A stretch of 63,783 nucleotides of DNA, the filler included, from Methanobacteriota archaeon (lineage in GTDB: Archaea > JACRDV01), in NCBI GenBank assembly GCA_024860865.1. It is 5 parts of 5 records of this genome, joined end to end, with 100 filler letters (N's around TTAATTAATTAA, not from the genome) between each part and the next. Parts side by side here need not be neighbours in the genome. Positions count along the whole stretch, not along the records: positions 1 to 28,029 come from JACRDV010000008.1; 4 more parts are not named here. One strand, written 5' to 3'. This document shows positions 10,413-20,134 of this stretch, piece after piece. The translations under genes and the position numbers were made by a program. Positions within the stretch are counted from its first letter, which is position 1. The number at the start of each line of letters is the position of its first letter. Below the pieces are notes generated by a model. It was given only the letters and a program-made list of their open reading frames with translations, was not told where the DNA came from and made no database searches.

Positions 10413-11156
10413 ATGGAGAAAAATTTAAAAATTTTGTTCGTCAGCTTACTTGTTGCCCTACTTCTAGTAGGTGGCTACCTCTCTTCAAGCGTTCTCGATG
10501 GTATAGCTAAAAACGAGACAAAGAAGATAACAGTCTCTGGCACAAGCACAGTCAGAGCCACGCCAGATAACTCTGTGATAAGCTTCGGTATTGTTACGAA
10601 AGGCGACACTGCAAAGGAAGCTATGGATTCAAACGCAGATAAGATGAACAAAGTAATGCAGGCATTGAAAGCGTTGGGAATAGAGGAGAAGTATATCCAG
10701 ACGACCGGCATAAGTCTTTATCCAGAGTACGAATATCCGAAACCAGAATCTACTGAGAAGCCAAGAATCATTGGCTATGTGGCGACAAATAGGTTGACTG
10801 TTACAATAGTAAAAATAAGCAGCACAGGTGATGTTATAGACAGAGTTGTTGAAGCTGGCGTTAATCAAATTGACGGAATATACTTCAAACTTAGCGATGA
10901 GCGTGCAGAAACCCTAAGAATTGAAGCTTTGGAAAAAGCTGTGGCTAACGCAAAAGTCAAGGCAGATGCTATAGCTAAGGCGCTTAACACGAAAATAACA
11001 GCTACCTTGCAAGTTACGGAATCTGGAGAATATTTCCCACCAATACCGATCTCACGCGGTTATGGGATTGAAGAACTCAAAGGTTCTACCACGCCAGTGT
11101 CACCAGGTGAACTCGAGGTAAGAGCGAGCGTGCAAGTAACGTATGTATTTGGGTGA
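10413..11156 (+). CDS. SIMPL/DUF541 domain protein
   Basis: ITVSGTSTVRATPD, GYVATNRLTV, ALEKAVANAKVKADAIA, PGELEVRASVQVTY. Confidence 0.9.
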   Translation: MEKNLKILFVSLLVALLLVGGYLSSSVLDGIAKNETKKITVSGTSTVRATPDNSVISFGIVTKGDTAKEAMDSNADKMNKVMQALKALGIEEKYIQTTGISLYPEYEYPKPESTEKPRIIGYVATNRLTVTIVKISSTGDVIDRVVEAGVNQIDGIYFKLSDERAETLRIEALEKAVANAKVKADAIAKALNTKITATLQVTESGEYFPPIPISRGYGIEELKGSTTPVSPGELEVRASVQVTYVFG

Positions 11157-11463
11157 GCGTGGCAATCAAACTTGCATAAAAATGAAGTGAAGCATTTTGC
11201 ATTCCTGTTACATATAATGTGCATTGCCTTCTTGGAGAAGAGAAGCTAAAAAAGCAAATGACTCAAAATATTCGAGGGCAAAAAATAGAATACAGTTTTC
11301 ACATGAATTATTGGGGATAGATATTCTACTCAAAGGAAGTCAAGTAAACTATTGCAAATTTACTTGCAGATTATAAAAAACTCTATCAAATAATTCCAAG
11401 AATTCTGAACGAAAATGTTCTAAAATTTTGAAATTAAACTTTTATTTCTAGTAGCGATAGAGC

Positions 11464-12333
11464 TTAACCAGATGCTTCCTGTATCTTATTAATAAGAGGT
11501 TCGATGTTAACATGATGATACTTAGTACTCGGAAGTTTATGGCCAAAGGAATAATACAATAGTTCAGAAAGAGTTAATATTGGGATATCATATTTTTCTT
11601 TAAAAACAGTTTCTATTCTTCGTTGCTCTAAATCGTATCTCATAAAGCAACTCGGGCAATCAGATATGAGCAAACAATCTGCTCTCTCTTTTATTTCATT
11701 GAGTTTATCGCGAGCCAATAGCAGTCCTTCTTCATCTGCAATGCCCATTAATTCTCCGCCACAACAAGCATTTTTTAAGGAATATTGGATACTGTTGCAA
11801 CCAAGAACCTCAGTAATATAATCTAAGAAGCGAGGGTTAGATGGATTTTCTATTTTTGTGATTGTCTCTTTATCGAAGATATGGCATCCATGATGAACGG
11901 CTAAATTTAACCCCAAAGGTTTTTTTATTTTTTTCTTTATTTTATCCAAATTATCAAGAACCAAATGTAGAAAATGTTTAACTTCAACTTTTTCGTTGTA
12001 CCGCATTCCTGCGACAGATAAGAGTTTATTGATTTGATTCATTTTTTTATAATCCGATAACGCGAGGGATGCATTTTTCAAGGTCCAATAGCATCCATTG
12101 CACAATGTCAACATTTTTTTATTTTTTGCCAAGCAAAGGTTCCTAGCCGCTAGTGCCAGATATGTTTCTTCTCCGAATTGTTTTTTAAAAATTGGAGCAG
12201 GACAACAGCTAGCACCTTCTAAGTCTTCGTATTCTACTTTAAGATCAGCTAAAACAACTCTTGAGGTAAGCTCAATAAATGGAAATAACCTCGGAATCAA
12301 GCAACCGAGAAATAAACTATACAACCTAATCAC
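11464..12333 (-). CDS. hdrB: Heterodisulfide reductase subunit B-like (two CCG domains)
   Basis: FLGC...SCCPAP...CNGC and HHGCH...CCGG...CPSC motifs. Confidence 0.85.
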   Translation of the reverse strand: MIRLYSLFLGCLIPRLFPFIELTSRVVLADLKVEYEDLEGASCCPAPIFKKQFGEETYLALAARNLCLAKNKKMLTLCNGCYWTLKNASLALSDYKKMNQINKLLSVAGMRYNEKVEVKHFLHLVLDNLDKIKKKIKKPLGLNLAVHHGCHIFDKETITKIENPSNPRFLDYITEVLGCNSIQYSLKNACCGGELMGIADEEGLLLARDKLNEIKERADCLLISDCPSCFMRYDLEQRRIETVFKEKYDIPILTLSELLYYSFGHKLPSTKYHHVNIEPLINKIQEASG

Positions 12334-12604
12334 GAAATATTCTAAGTATCTTCTCTATCGATTCTGTTTGGATATTGTAGATGTCCTTGAGACTAAGCTC
12401 CTCTCTCATTCTCTTTGTTAACTTTGTGATTTCTCTTATGGCACCTATTTTCCTAAATGTATCCTCTTGTTCGAAAAAACTTGGTTTTAGATTTATTTTT
12501 GCTCCAACAACATATTTTAAAGGTATTGCCGCCTTTCCTCTAAGCGCATCTTGTACCATTTTAGCGCGTTCATATGCTATTCTTCTTTTTTCTTCAATGT
12601 TCAC
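12326..12604 (-). CDS. Small Cys-free protein between cooS and hdrB, possibly an HdrC C-terminal-like module
   Basis: 92 aa, translationally coupled on both sides; C-terminal GAIREITKLTKRMREELSL resembles the HdrC tail. Confidence 0.5.
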   Translation of the reverse strand: MNIEEKRRIAYERAKMVQDALRGKAAIPLKYVVGAKINLKPSFFEQEDTFRKIGAIREITKLTKRMREELSLKDIYNIQTESIEKILRIFRD

Positions 12605-12605
12605 T

Positions 12606-14519
12606 TTAGATCTCCTTAGATGTCTTTAAACCTAATTTCGAACGACGTTCATCTATTACAGCAATCAATTTGTCTACAGCCTTTGCTGGATCTGGCTCTA
12701 CAATAAAGTATCCGCCAAAAATGTCTTTGGCCTTTGAAGTTGCTATTTCAGTCACGAGGTTTGAGCCTATTATTGGGGGAACGATTCCTATATGAACTGG
12801 AATACCTAAGCTAACTGCCCAAGTTCCAATCGCAATAGCCTTTTCTGTTAAGGCTTCTGGAGCACAGGCTACAACTGGAAGCGCTTCTGCATCGACACCC
12901 AACTTATCTGCTAAAGCATTTACAATAACCACTGCTCTGCTATTATCTACACAGGAACCGATGTTAAGCACGGGCGGCAATGGTCCATTTAGTCCTGCAG
13001 CTTTACCAACTGCAGTTAAAACAGCCTTTAGCCCTTCTCCAGCATACTTAAAGGTTGCCTCTGGGGACATAAGACCTGCTTTGGCTAAAGCATAGCCTGC
13101 ACAACCAGTTGATAAAATGAGCACATTTTTCTCCAACAATCCTTTGGCCATTGTAACATGAAGCTTGTCTTGAGGCAGTTTTACGTTATTACACCCAGCA
13201 AATAATGCAGCACCTAAAATATTTCCTTTGACAATGTTATCGAGTAATGGCTTTAATGGATCTGATGGATCCACTTTGCTTAGTGCACCAACAATAGCTT
13301 CAACGCTGAAGCCTGCTAAAATCTTTTGTTCATACTTTGGTATGTGAACTTTTGTTTTGTCTCTCTTTTTAAATGCTTCAATAGCAATTTTAATCATTTT
13401 ATTTGTTGCTTCATCTGCATTTTCTGTAGTGAACTCTATGTGCTCTGCTCCTGGAATTTTCGCAATTGGAAATGTAGTGATTAGTTTAGTATGAAAACAA
13501 TCTGCTACTGTAATAAGGCTAGGAGCTATACATTGAACATCTACTATTATTGCATCTAATGCTCCAGTTGCAACAGCCATCTCACTTCCTAAAAAATTTT
13601 GAGCTAAAGGAACTCCATATCTCTCCAAGACTTCATGTCCGGTACAACATATTCCTACTACATTTATGCCTCTGGCTCCGGCAGAACTGGCTTCTTTTTC
13701 TAGTTTCTCAGCTTGCTCAGCAACTTTTGCACTTAATAATGGAACATGCCCATGTACAGCAATATTTACAGAATCTTCTCTTAAGACACCTAAATTTGCT
13801 TTTGAAAAAAGTGGCTTAGGCGTTCCGAATAATATGTCTTGTAAATCAGTTGATATATGAAGTGCAGCGCCGTCTGCCAATGCAACCTTAACTGCTCCCA
13901 ATATTAGATTCACAGGATCTGCATCAACACCCATCGTAGTTCTATGAAGAGATTCAGTAATTGTTAGGTCTAAATTTGGTGGAAGAACGTTTAATCCAGC
14001 AAGCTTTTCAAATCGCTTTTTTGTGGTGTATAGTTGTAGATATTTTGAGTATCCTTCTTGTCTCTGAAATTCTTTCGCAACTTCTTTAGCTAATTCTTTT
14101 AAAACTTCAATTTCGCTTTTTCCTTTAGTTTGAATGCCGAGCCTTTGAGCAAGATTTTCTAGTTTTTGTTTATCCGTAACATTATATCCAGCAGCATGTC
14201 CGTGAGCAATTTTTTCAATTACCTCTAAAACATGCCTTGCATGGTCTATATGAGCAGCAGCCCCACCAGCACATGTCCGGACAAAATTTCGAGCTACTAT
14301 TGTATCTGCAGTTGCTCCACAAACACCTTTTTGTGCCCCTTCTTTAAATGGATCAATTCTACACGGTCCATGCAAACAATTTCTGCAACAAATACCTCTG
14401 AGCCCAAATTCGCATTGAGGTAATTGTGCTTGATACCTATCCCAAAAAGTCTCTATTTTCATTTCCGCTGCAAGAGCAAGCATCTCCTCTACAGCTGGGT
14501 CAATAGTTTTTTCAGACAT
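12606..14519 (-). CDS. cooS: Ni-dependent carbon monoxide dehydrogenase catalytic subunit
   Basis: QCEFGLRGICCRNCLHGPC, VCGA, HGH, GICCTG, DVQCI, AGCNN, TGCA, GSCVDN, EKA: D, B and C cluster ligands present; ATG at 14519 overlaps cooF end. Confidence 0.95.
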   Translation of the reverse strand: MSEKTIDPAVEEMLALAAEMKIETFWDRYQAQLPQCEFGLRGICCRNCLHGPCRIDPFKEGAQKGVCGATADTIVARNFVRTCAGGAAAHIDHARHVLEVIEKIAHGHAAGYNVTDKQKLENLAQRLGIQTKGKSEIEVLKELAKEVAKEFQRQEGYSKYLQLYTTKKRFEKLAGLNVLPPNLDLTITESLHRTTMGVDADPVNLILGAVKVALADGAALHISTDLQDILFGTPKPLFSKANLGVLREDSVNIAVHGHVPLLSAKVAEQAEKLEKEASSAGARGINVVGICCTGHEVLERYGVPLAQNFLGSEMAVATGALDAIIVDVQCIAPSLITVADCFHTKLITTFPIAKIPGAEHIEFTTENADEATNKMIKIAIEAFKKRDKTKVHIPKYEQKILAGFSVEAIVGALSKVDPSDPLKPLLDNIVKGNILGAALFAGCNNVKLPQDKLHVTMAKGLLEKNVLILSTGCAGYALAKAGLMSPEATFKYAGEGLKAVLTAVGKAAGLNGPLPPVLNIGSCVDNSRAVVIVNALADKLGVDAEALPVVACAPEALTEKAIAIGTWAVSLGIPVHIGIVPPIIGSNLVTEIATSKAKDIFGGYFIVEPDPAKAVDKLIAVIDERRSKLGLKTSKEI

Positions 14520-15030
14520 AGCTAACACCTCTCTTTTTTAGATACGTCTCAATTACTTCTGAGAAAAATTTGTATCTATGATCTTTAGCGATCTCTGCCT
14601 CTTCCCGATATGTTAATGCTTTTGTTGGGCAAGCGTTTACGCATTCTGGCGCACCATCGCATAAATCACACTTATATGCTCTCCCTTCGACTATCTTAAC
14701 TGCACCAAAAGGACATATTACATAGCATAACCTACAACCGATGCAATTAGCCTTGTTTATTTTTATAATGTTTTTTTCTTTAGAAATAGCACCAGTGGGA
14801 CAAATCATCATACATGGCGCTTCCTCACAGTGCTGACATTGAATAGGTAAGGCTCCTCTTTGGTCGCCAAAAACGATCACAGCGGGCTTTACACCTTCAT
14901 CGATTGCTGATGTTACTGATTTTCCCTTAGAATGAAATGCAGCGCAAGCCATTGCGCAAGAAAAACATGCCATGCATCGCGAAATATCCACAGCAAGGAC
15001 GTAAGTTTGACTAAAATTCATTTTAATCAA
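14512..15030 (-). CDS. cooF: CooF-like 4x[4Fe-4S] ferredoxin subunit
   Basis: CMACFSCAMAC, CQHCEEAPCMMICP, CIGCRLCYVICP, KCDLCDGAPECVNACP. Confidence 0.9.
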   Translation of the reverse strand: MIKMNFSQTYVLAVDISRCMACFSCAMACAAFHSKGKSVTSAIDEGVKPAVIVFGDQRGALPIQCQHCEEAPCMMICPTGAISKEKNIIKINKANCIGCRLCYVICPFGAVKIVEGRAYKCDLCDGAPECVNACPTKALTYREEAEIAKDHRYKFFSEVIETYLKKRGVSYV

Positions 15031-15180
15031 CTCAAGTTTATTGATGTTATGCTACACTAAATTTTTTTCGGAATAAAATTTTGAGAGTATATCAAACGCA
15101 AATATTAAACAATTCAATTGAAGTACTAAATCCAATAGAAAAATTTAATATAAAAGCCTAATATTAGAGGTGGCGATAGT

Positions 15181-15567
15181 TTGCAAGGTAAAATTTCTGC
15201 TTGGATATTAGTTGTATTGCTAGCTGTAATGGTTGCTCTTTCCGCTTACTATGGGTCACTTTTAATTGTTAATTACTTCCAATTAGAAGGGCGCTATTAT
15301 TGGATGTTTTTTGAGGATTATAGAGCTGCATTATCAATTATTTTCGGAGGAACTGTCTTAACAATTGGAATTCTTATTCGAACAACAAAAGCAAAGCTAA
15401 TTGGATATGGTTTAGCATTAGGTGGAGTATTGATTATAATCCCATCTACAATTCAACTTGTCATGAGAAAGCCAGTTTTGCTAAGATTTGTAGCACTAGC
15501 ATGCGGAATAATCCTATTGAGCTATTTCATTTATAAATACCGAGAAAAATTGGAGACTGAAGCTTGA
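15181..15567 (+). CDS. Hypothetical membrane protein (4 TM)
   Basis: RBS GAGGTGG; hydrophobic helices. Confidence 0.65.
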   Translation: MQGKISAWILVVLLAVMVALSAYYGSLLIVNYFQLEGRYYWMFFEDYRAALSIIFGGTVLTIGILIRTTKAKLIGYGLALGGVLIIIPSTIQLVMRKPVLLRFVALACGIILLSYFIYKYREKLETEA

Positions 15568-16193
15568 GCAAAATTTTGCAAGGAATTATAATTACTATAA
15601 TAATTGGTGGAGCCCTTTCTGCTATCTTGTTATGGAATATAACTTCTTCAATTAAAGAAGTGAAAGCTGTTGAAGAGTTGGCCCTTACAAAGGCAAAGGA
15701 AGATTTAAAAGTTTTTAAAGAAATTGGTTATACTCCTGCCGAAGCATACTATCAAGAAAGCCCTTATTGGATTTATTGGAAACCATATGAAGCTGAAGCT
15801 GCTAAAAAAGAGAAGGGAATGCACTATATAGAGATTTTTATGAGAGGACCACGAGGCTGGCAGTTTAATGTCCATTGTAAAGTTAAAATGCCAGAAAAAG
15901 AAGTTACTTGGAGCAATTTAACAAAAGCAATGATTATTGCACTTGAATCTGAGAAAATTAGGCCTGAATTAGAGAAGGCAAAGAGAAGAGAATTGCTTGT
16001 TTCAAGCATCCGCTCTACATATAAAACAGAGTCGATTTATGAAGTAGTTTTTGATTTTTCAAATGGAGAAATATATCAGTTTACAGTAGGGGTCAATATA
16101 ATGACAAGAGAAGCTAGCATATTCTCTGAATTGCATAAAGTTTCTGGTCCAACTCCTCCTGCACAGATTTATCCGATACCTTATCGAGATTAA
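15564..16193 (+). CDS. Hypothetical N-terminally anchored protein
   Basis: Overlaps upstream stop; single N-terminal TM. Confidence 0.65.
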   Translation: MSKILQGIIITIIIGGALSAILLWNITSSIKEVKAVEELALTKAKEDLKVFKEIGYTPAEAYYQESPYWIYWKPYEAEAAKKEKGMHYIEIFMRGPRGWQFNVHCKVKMPEKEVTWSNLTKAMIIALESEKIRPELEKAKRRELLVSSIRSTYKTESIYEVVFDFSNGEIYQFTVGVNIMTREASIFSELHKVSGPTPPAQIYPIPYRD

Positions 16194-16265
16194 TCAGATG
16201 TAATTTTCATTAACCTTTTCCCAATTTTAAGAGTTCGTAAGGTTTATAGATTGAAAAGAAGCTTG

Positions 16266-16560
16266 TCCTTTGTGACCCAGCCCCTACTGCCATCTCCCGC
16301 AGTGAAAGTGCAAAGCGAGTATGGGCAGAGCAAGGCTTTTTCCTCTTGGGCTCGAAAAGAGACCAGTGTATGGTCTGTAAAGGAGCAACATTGAAAGATC
16401 CATAAGCATCGAAGCAGATCTCACCTTTGGCGACAGAGCGAACCCTGAAGTGGTGGATGTCCGATCCTTTAGCGTTGGAAGGAGACTAATCATTTCTATT
16501 GCGGAGGATGAGAGAGCTGTTCTTATTTTAAGGCACAGCAAAGCTCAGACGTGTTAGAAA
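16266..16560 (+). ncRNA. Structured RNA A, group II intron domain-I-like, ORF-less
   Basis: GC-enriched island; long-range stem 16291-16310/16491-16510; GCGA tetraloop hairpin; TATA box TTTATAGA ~16243; T-tract 16562-16567; loop AAAGGA complementary to TCCTTT preceding GTGAC. Confidence 0.6.
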
Positions 16561-16804
16561 GTTTTTTCAAATTGATGTTCATTTAAATTTTGTTTTAGAA
16601 GCCTAAAAAATTACTAATTCTATGTAAACGAGGTATAATGATACTGATTTAATACTAATTTCGTATTCGTAAGTAAAATTTATATTTAAGTATTTCGCAT
16701 TTATTATTAATTTTTTTGTAAAATAGAATACTAAAAAGGGATAAAAAAAGACGAATTTTTATAAAATATTAAAGAAAGGAGCATTAAAGAAAGGAGCAAT
16801 ACTA

Positions 16805-16960
16805 ATGCCAAAAAATAAAGCATGTGGAAATTGTACACATATAGATATTTGTAGCATATACCCGCAAGTAGTTAGAATTGTAAACCAATTGTCTGAATCG
16901 CCTTTTAAGGCTTTTGAAGTAGCTAACATTTGTTACAAATATGAACCAAATGGAAAATAA
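16805..16960 (+). CDS. Small Cys-rich protein (51 aa, CxxC-x4-C...C)
   Basis: MPKNKACGNCTHIDICSIYP...ICYKYEPNGK; duplicated AAAGAAAGGAGCA RBS upstream; below ORF-track cutoff. Confidence 0.6.
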   Translation: MPKNKACGNCTHIDICSIYPQVVRIVNQLSESPFKAFEVANICYKYEPNGK

Positions 16961-17346
16961 CTAACGCACCATTATCATTATTCTTTAAGTTTTTAACTCG
17001 TAAAAAGGACATCTTCAAATTCAGCTATAACCAGTTGTTCTTCTTCGAGCATCTAAAGAAAATTGATAGTTTTTTTCTTTTATTAAAGTTCAAGAAATAA
17101 ATTTGTAGAATTAGATTTTAGTCAGGTTTATTATTTATTCAAAAGCAAAGATTACAACAAGCAACTCGCTCGATTTCGAGCGCGAGAATGGAATCTCTAA
17201 AAAGAATAAAATGCATTACTGCAGATAGTAATAGAGGAGTCTTTTCTATTCTTTTTTCTGTTTTTTAATTTAGAGTGACCCACAATAAATTTTGTCCGAC
17301 ATAAGTCTTAACCAAGTTTAAATAATTTTCAAGAAATTTAGAATTT

Positions 17347-17730
17347 ATGAACAAATTTGATCCACGCAGGAGAGAAGACCGACTGAAAGCTCTTGGGCTT
17401 AAATACACGTCTAATTCAGGTGAGTGCCCACTTTACGATACAAGCTTAAATTCTAAATGCAAACTCGACCCTGACACTTACAGGCTTTATGACTGCAGAG
17501 GCATTTGGATTATAGATGGGATTTGTTGTAGATTTTTAGTCGGTGCGCGAGAAAGGCTGGTAGAAAAAGCCAATCAGACTTTGTTGCTGTCTCTATTCGG
17601 AGTTTCAGTGCTATTAGGCTACAATTCGATTGCTGTGATGGTGGGTATATTCATGATGTTATATGGATATAATCACTATCGAGTAAGGCAAAAAACAGGT
17701 TCGAAATTTTCTTTTGCCTCTAAGATTTAG
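17347..17730 (+). CDS. Hypothetical protein, Cys-rich N-terminus plus TM C-terminus
   Basis: ORF track; CPLY..CKLD..C..CC. Confidence 0.45.
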   Translation: MNKFDPRRREDRLKALGLKYTSNSGECPLYDTSLNSKCKLDPDTYRLYDCRGIWIIDGICCRFLVGARERLVEKANQTLLLSLFGVSVLLGYNSIAVMVGIFMMLYGYNHYRVRQKTGSKFSFASKI

Positions 17731-17864
17731 CCATATATTACTTCTTTAGGGTCTACAATTCTACGTCTTTTGTTCTCTATGATACTCAATGCATCACATG
17801 CCGCACACGACTCAACTTTCTCTAGCTTTGTCTTAATCCAGATGTGTTCGTGTTTGTTCCTCAT
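17727..17864 (-). CDS. Small putative Zn-binding protein (45 aa, HxH...CxxC)
   Basis: MRNKHEHIWIKTKLEKVESCAACDALSIIENKRRRIVDPKEVIYG. Confidence 0.45.
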   Translation of the reverse strand: MRNKHEHIWIKTKLEKVESCAACDALSIIENKRRRIVDPKEVIYG

Positions 17865-18077
17865 AGGGTTAGAATAGTTAGTTTATGTACTATATTTGAT
17901 TTGCTTCGCTAATTATATTATTAAACTGACATTAAGCTTAATAAGTCGAGGAAAAAACATGATTAATTGTCGTTTCGCTCGAGGTCTCTCGAAAGCTGGT
18001 ATCAATTAGAAATTGTTAAATGAAAGATCTAAATTTTTGCTAATGTTTTTGTCTCCTAAGTCGATATTAATTTTCAG

Positions 18078-18581
18078 GTGAAAAAGCTGGGATTAATTAT
18101 ACTTAAAGTTCCAATCAGTCAGACGCGAACAGCTGAAGATGAAGCTGTAAAGATACTTAAGGAAAAACAAGTGAGTTTTAACATCGTACCTACTAGATTT
18201 CGAGGGCTTGTTTTATTGGAAGTTGAAAAGCCGCGAGAGATAGCAAATCTTCTTAGAGAATTTGAAACTTATTATATTTACAAGATTTTTCCAGCTGAGA
18301 AAATTGTAGAAACGAATTACGACATTGTGAAGCGAGAGGCAATCGAATTATCTAAACTGTTGATTAAACCAGAAGAGACTTTTGCTTGTAGAGTTGAGCG
18401 AAGGGGAGCTTTTGGTTCTAGAACAACACCAGAGATTGAGCGAGATATAGGCGGAGAGATAAACGATATAATTGGATGTAAATGTAACTTAAAGGATCCG
18501 GATAAACTCGTGCAAATCGAGGTTTTAGATGGAGATAGTGCTATTTGCATCCTTAATAGAGCAGAAAGAGCGAGAAAATGA
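18078..18581 (+). CDS. THUMP domain RNA-binding protein
   Basis: ETFACRVERRG...EIERDIGG...NLKDPDKLVQIEVL. Confidence 0.85.
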   Translation: MKKLGLIILKVPISQTRTAEDEAVKILKEKQVSFNIVPTRFRGLVLLEVEKPREIANLLREFETYYIYKIFPAEKIVETNYDIVKREAIELSKLLIKPEETFACRVERRGAFGSRTTPEIERDIGGEINDIIGCKCNLKDPDKLVQIEVLDGDSAICILNRAERARK

Positions 18582-18858
18582 ACGTTTTTAAAGGGACTCT
18601 TTAAAAAATATTAAGAATTACTGAATTTCTCTTATTCTCAAAAATCTTCCTAGATAATCCTCGCTATAAAGGTTTCAACTATAAATTTAGTCTTTTATAT
18701 TATGATTTTTAGAATTTTTTTAAAAATATGGTATGAAATTTTGTATAAATTTAAAATACTAACAATATAAAATTGATATTGTCTAATAGTGCGTAGGAGG
18801 TATATCCATCAAAACACGAAGTCCAAAGGGAATAAAAAACCAAAAAGGTACTGCTCCT

Positions 18859-19440
18859 TTGAAAATGATCGCTAAGGATTCAATCACACCGAAAAAGGGA
18901 TTTCAATTTAACGATGAGGGATCGGTGCATTTTTTGGGAATTAAAGGTTTGCTCTTGACTTATAATTTTTTGAATAAGATTTACACCGACTCAAACAGCG
19001 AGATATCATTCGAAAAAGGTGTAAAAACTGGACGCCAATATGCTGAGAATTTATTTAAAAGTTTAGGAGTTAAAGCTAGAGAAATTTTGAATGCCTATCT
19101 AAAAATGACTATATTCAAAGAAAGAGGGGCAATATCGATTGCTACATTTGATAAGAAAAAGAAAGTTGTAATTGTTAAGTACAGGAACCCACGCCCAGAA
19201 AACAGAGAATTCAATGCATTTGTTAGGGGTATCACTCAAGGGGTTTTTGAGCATGCTTTTGAAGGTGAAATAGAATTACAAGAATCCAAATGTACTTTAA
19301 GGGGCGACGAATTTTGCGAATTTATTATTTCTAAACTTGATGATTTTAGCCCAGAGGGTCCGAAATTCAATACCTTTAACTTGTCAATACCTGAAGTGCA
19401 TGCATCTCATAGCAAAGTAGAGCAAGTCATTGAAAACTAG
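18859..19440 (+). CDS. V4R domain protein
   Basis: FVRGITQGVFE...ESKCTLRGDEFCEF. Confidence 0.8.
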   Translation: MKMIAKDSITPKKGFQFNDEGSVHFLGIKGLLLTYNFLNKIYTDSNSEISFEKGVKTGRQYAENLFKSLGVKAREILNAYLKMTIFKERGAISIATFDKKKKVVIVKYRNPRPENREFNAFVRGITQGVFEHAFEGEIELQESKCTLRGDEFCEFIISKLDDFSPEGPKFNTFNLSIPEVHASHSKVEQVIEN

Positions 19441-19681
19441 GGGCATGGATGTGAATCATAATAATCTAAGTGAATGGTTGATAATGGTAGGTGCTTTGAT
19501 GTCCCCGGTAGTTCCTAGTTGGGAGATACCAGTCGTTTCATTCTTTATTCGCATAAAATGGTTCAGTATTGTTCCATTGATCCTTTGCACTATTTGGAGT
19601 ATAGGGATTGCTTTACTTTTTGTTGGTGCTTTTCTTGCTGGCAAAACTATCAAAAGAAGTCTCTATACATTTAAAGTCTAA
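19430..19681 (+). CDS. Small hypothetical membrane protein
   Basis: Hydrophobic 83-aa ORF following V4R gene. Confidence 0.45.
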   Translation: MKTRGMDVNHNNLSEWLIMVGALMSPVVPSWEIPVVSFFIRIKWFSIVPLILCTIWSIGIALLFVGAFLAGKTIKRSLYTFKV

Positions 19682-19847
19682 TAACTTATTTAGTGAAAGC
19701 TATTTTTTCCCTCTTCTTAGATTTTTCCTCTTCTTCAAACTCCATTATGTCAACATAATCTAAAGTTCCCAGCTTTTTTAACTGTTTTTCTGCCTTGGCT
19801 TTTTATCTAAAGAATATTTTCACCTAAAATTTCATATGCATTTGTTT

Positions 19848-20102
19848 CTAATGGTGAATCTTGCGGTATGGGATTTTTAGTATTGAATCACATTTGGGAC
19901 ATTTGTATGGCATTTGAGCATCTTTTATAAAATAAAAAGAAAAGCCACATTCTTGGCAAGTAGTATCTTTTAACTCTTTTTTAGGTTCTTCTTGGCCCAG
20001 CCAAAGCAATACTCCGCGGCAAATTGAACAAAAACGCGGTTCTGGTGTTTCACTTTTAGTACAAATTAAATAAGAACAACTCTCGCACTTGTAGCAGTAC
20101 AA
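19848..20102 (-). CDS. Double Zn-ribbon protein
   Basis: Four CxxC pairs. Confidence 0.7.
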   Translation of the reverse strand: MYCYKCESCSYLICTKSETPEPRFCSICRGVLLWLGQEEPKKELKDTTCQECGFSFYFIKDAQMPYKCPKCDSILKIPYRKIHH

Positions 20103-20134
20103 TGCAATTCCTCATTTATGCAGTTTTTAGTAGG

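Noticed and set aside
16364-16393. SRP RNA helix-8-like hairpin (TCT-GTAA-AGG-AGCA) in RNA A
   Set aside because: 5' side of the symmetric loop is ATGG rather than the conserved CAGG, and no convincing Alu domain or helix 6 could be built
16513-16546. Possible group II domain 5 (GAGCTGT...ACAGC)
   Set aside because: Helix lengths, 2-nt bulge and loop do not fit D5 geometry
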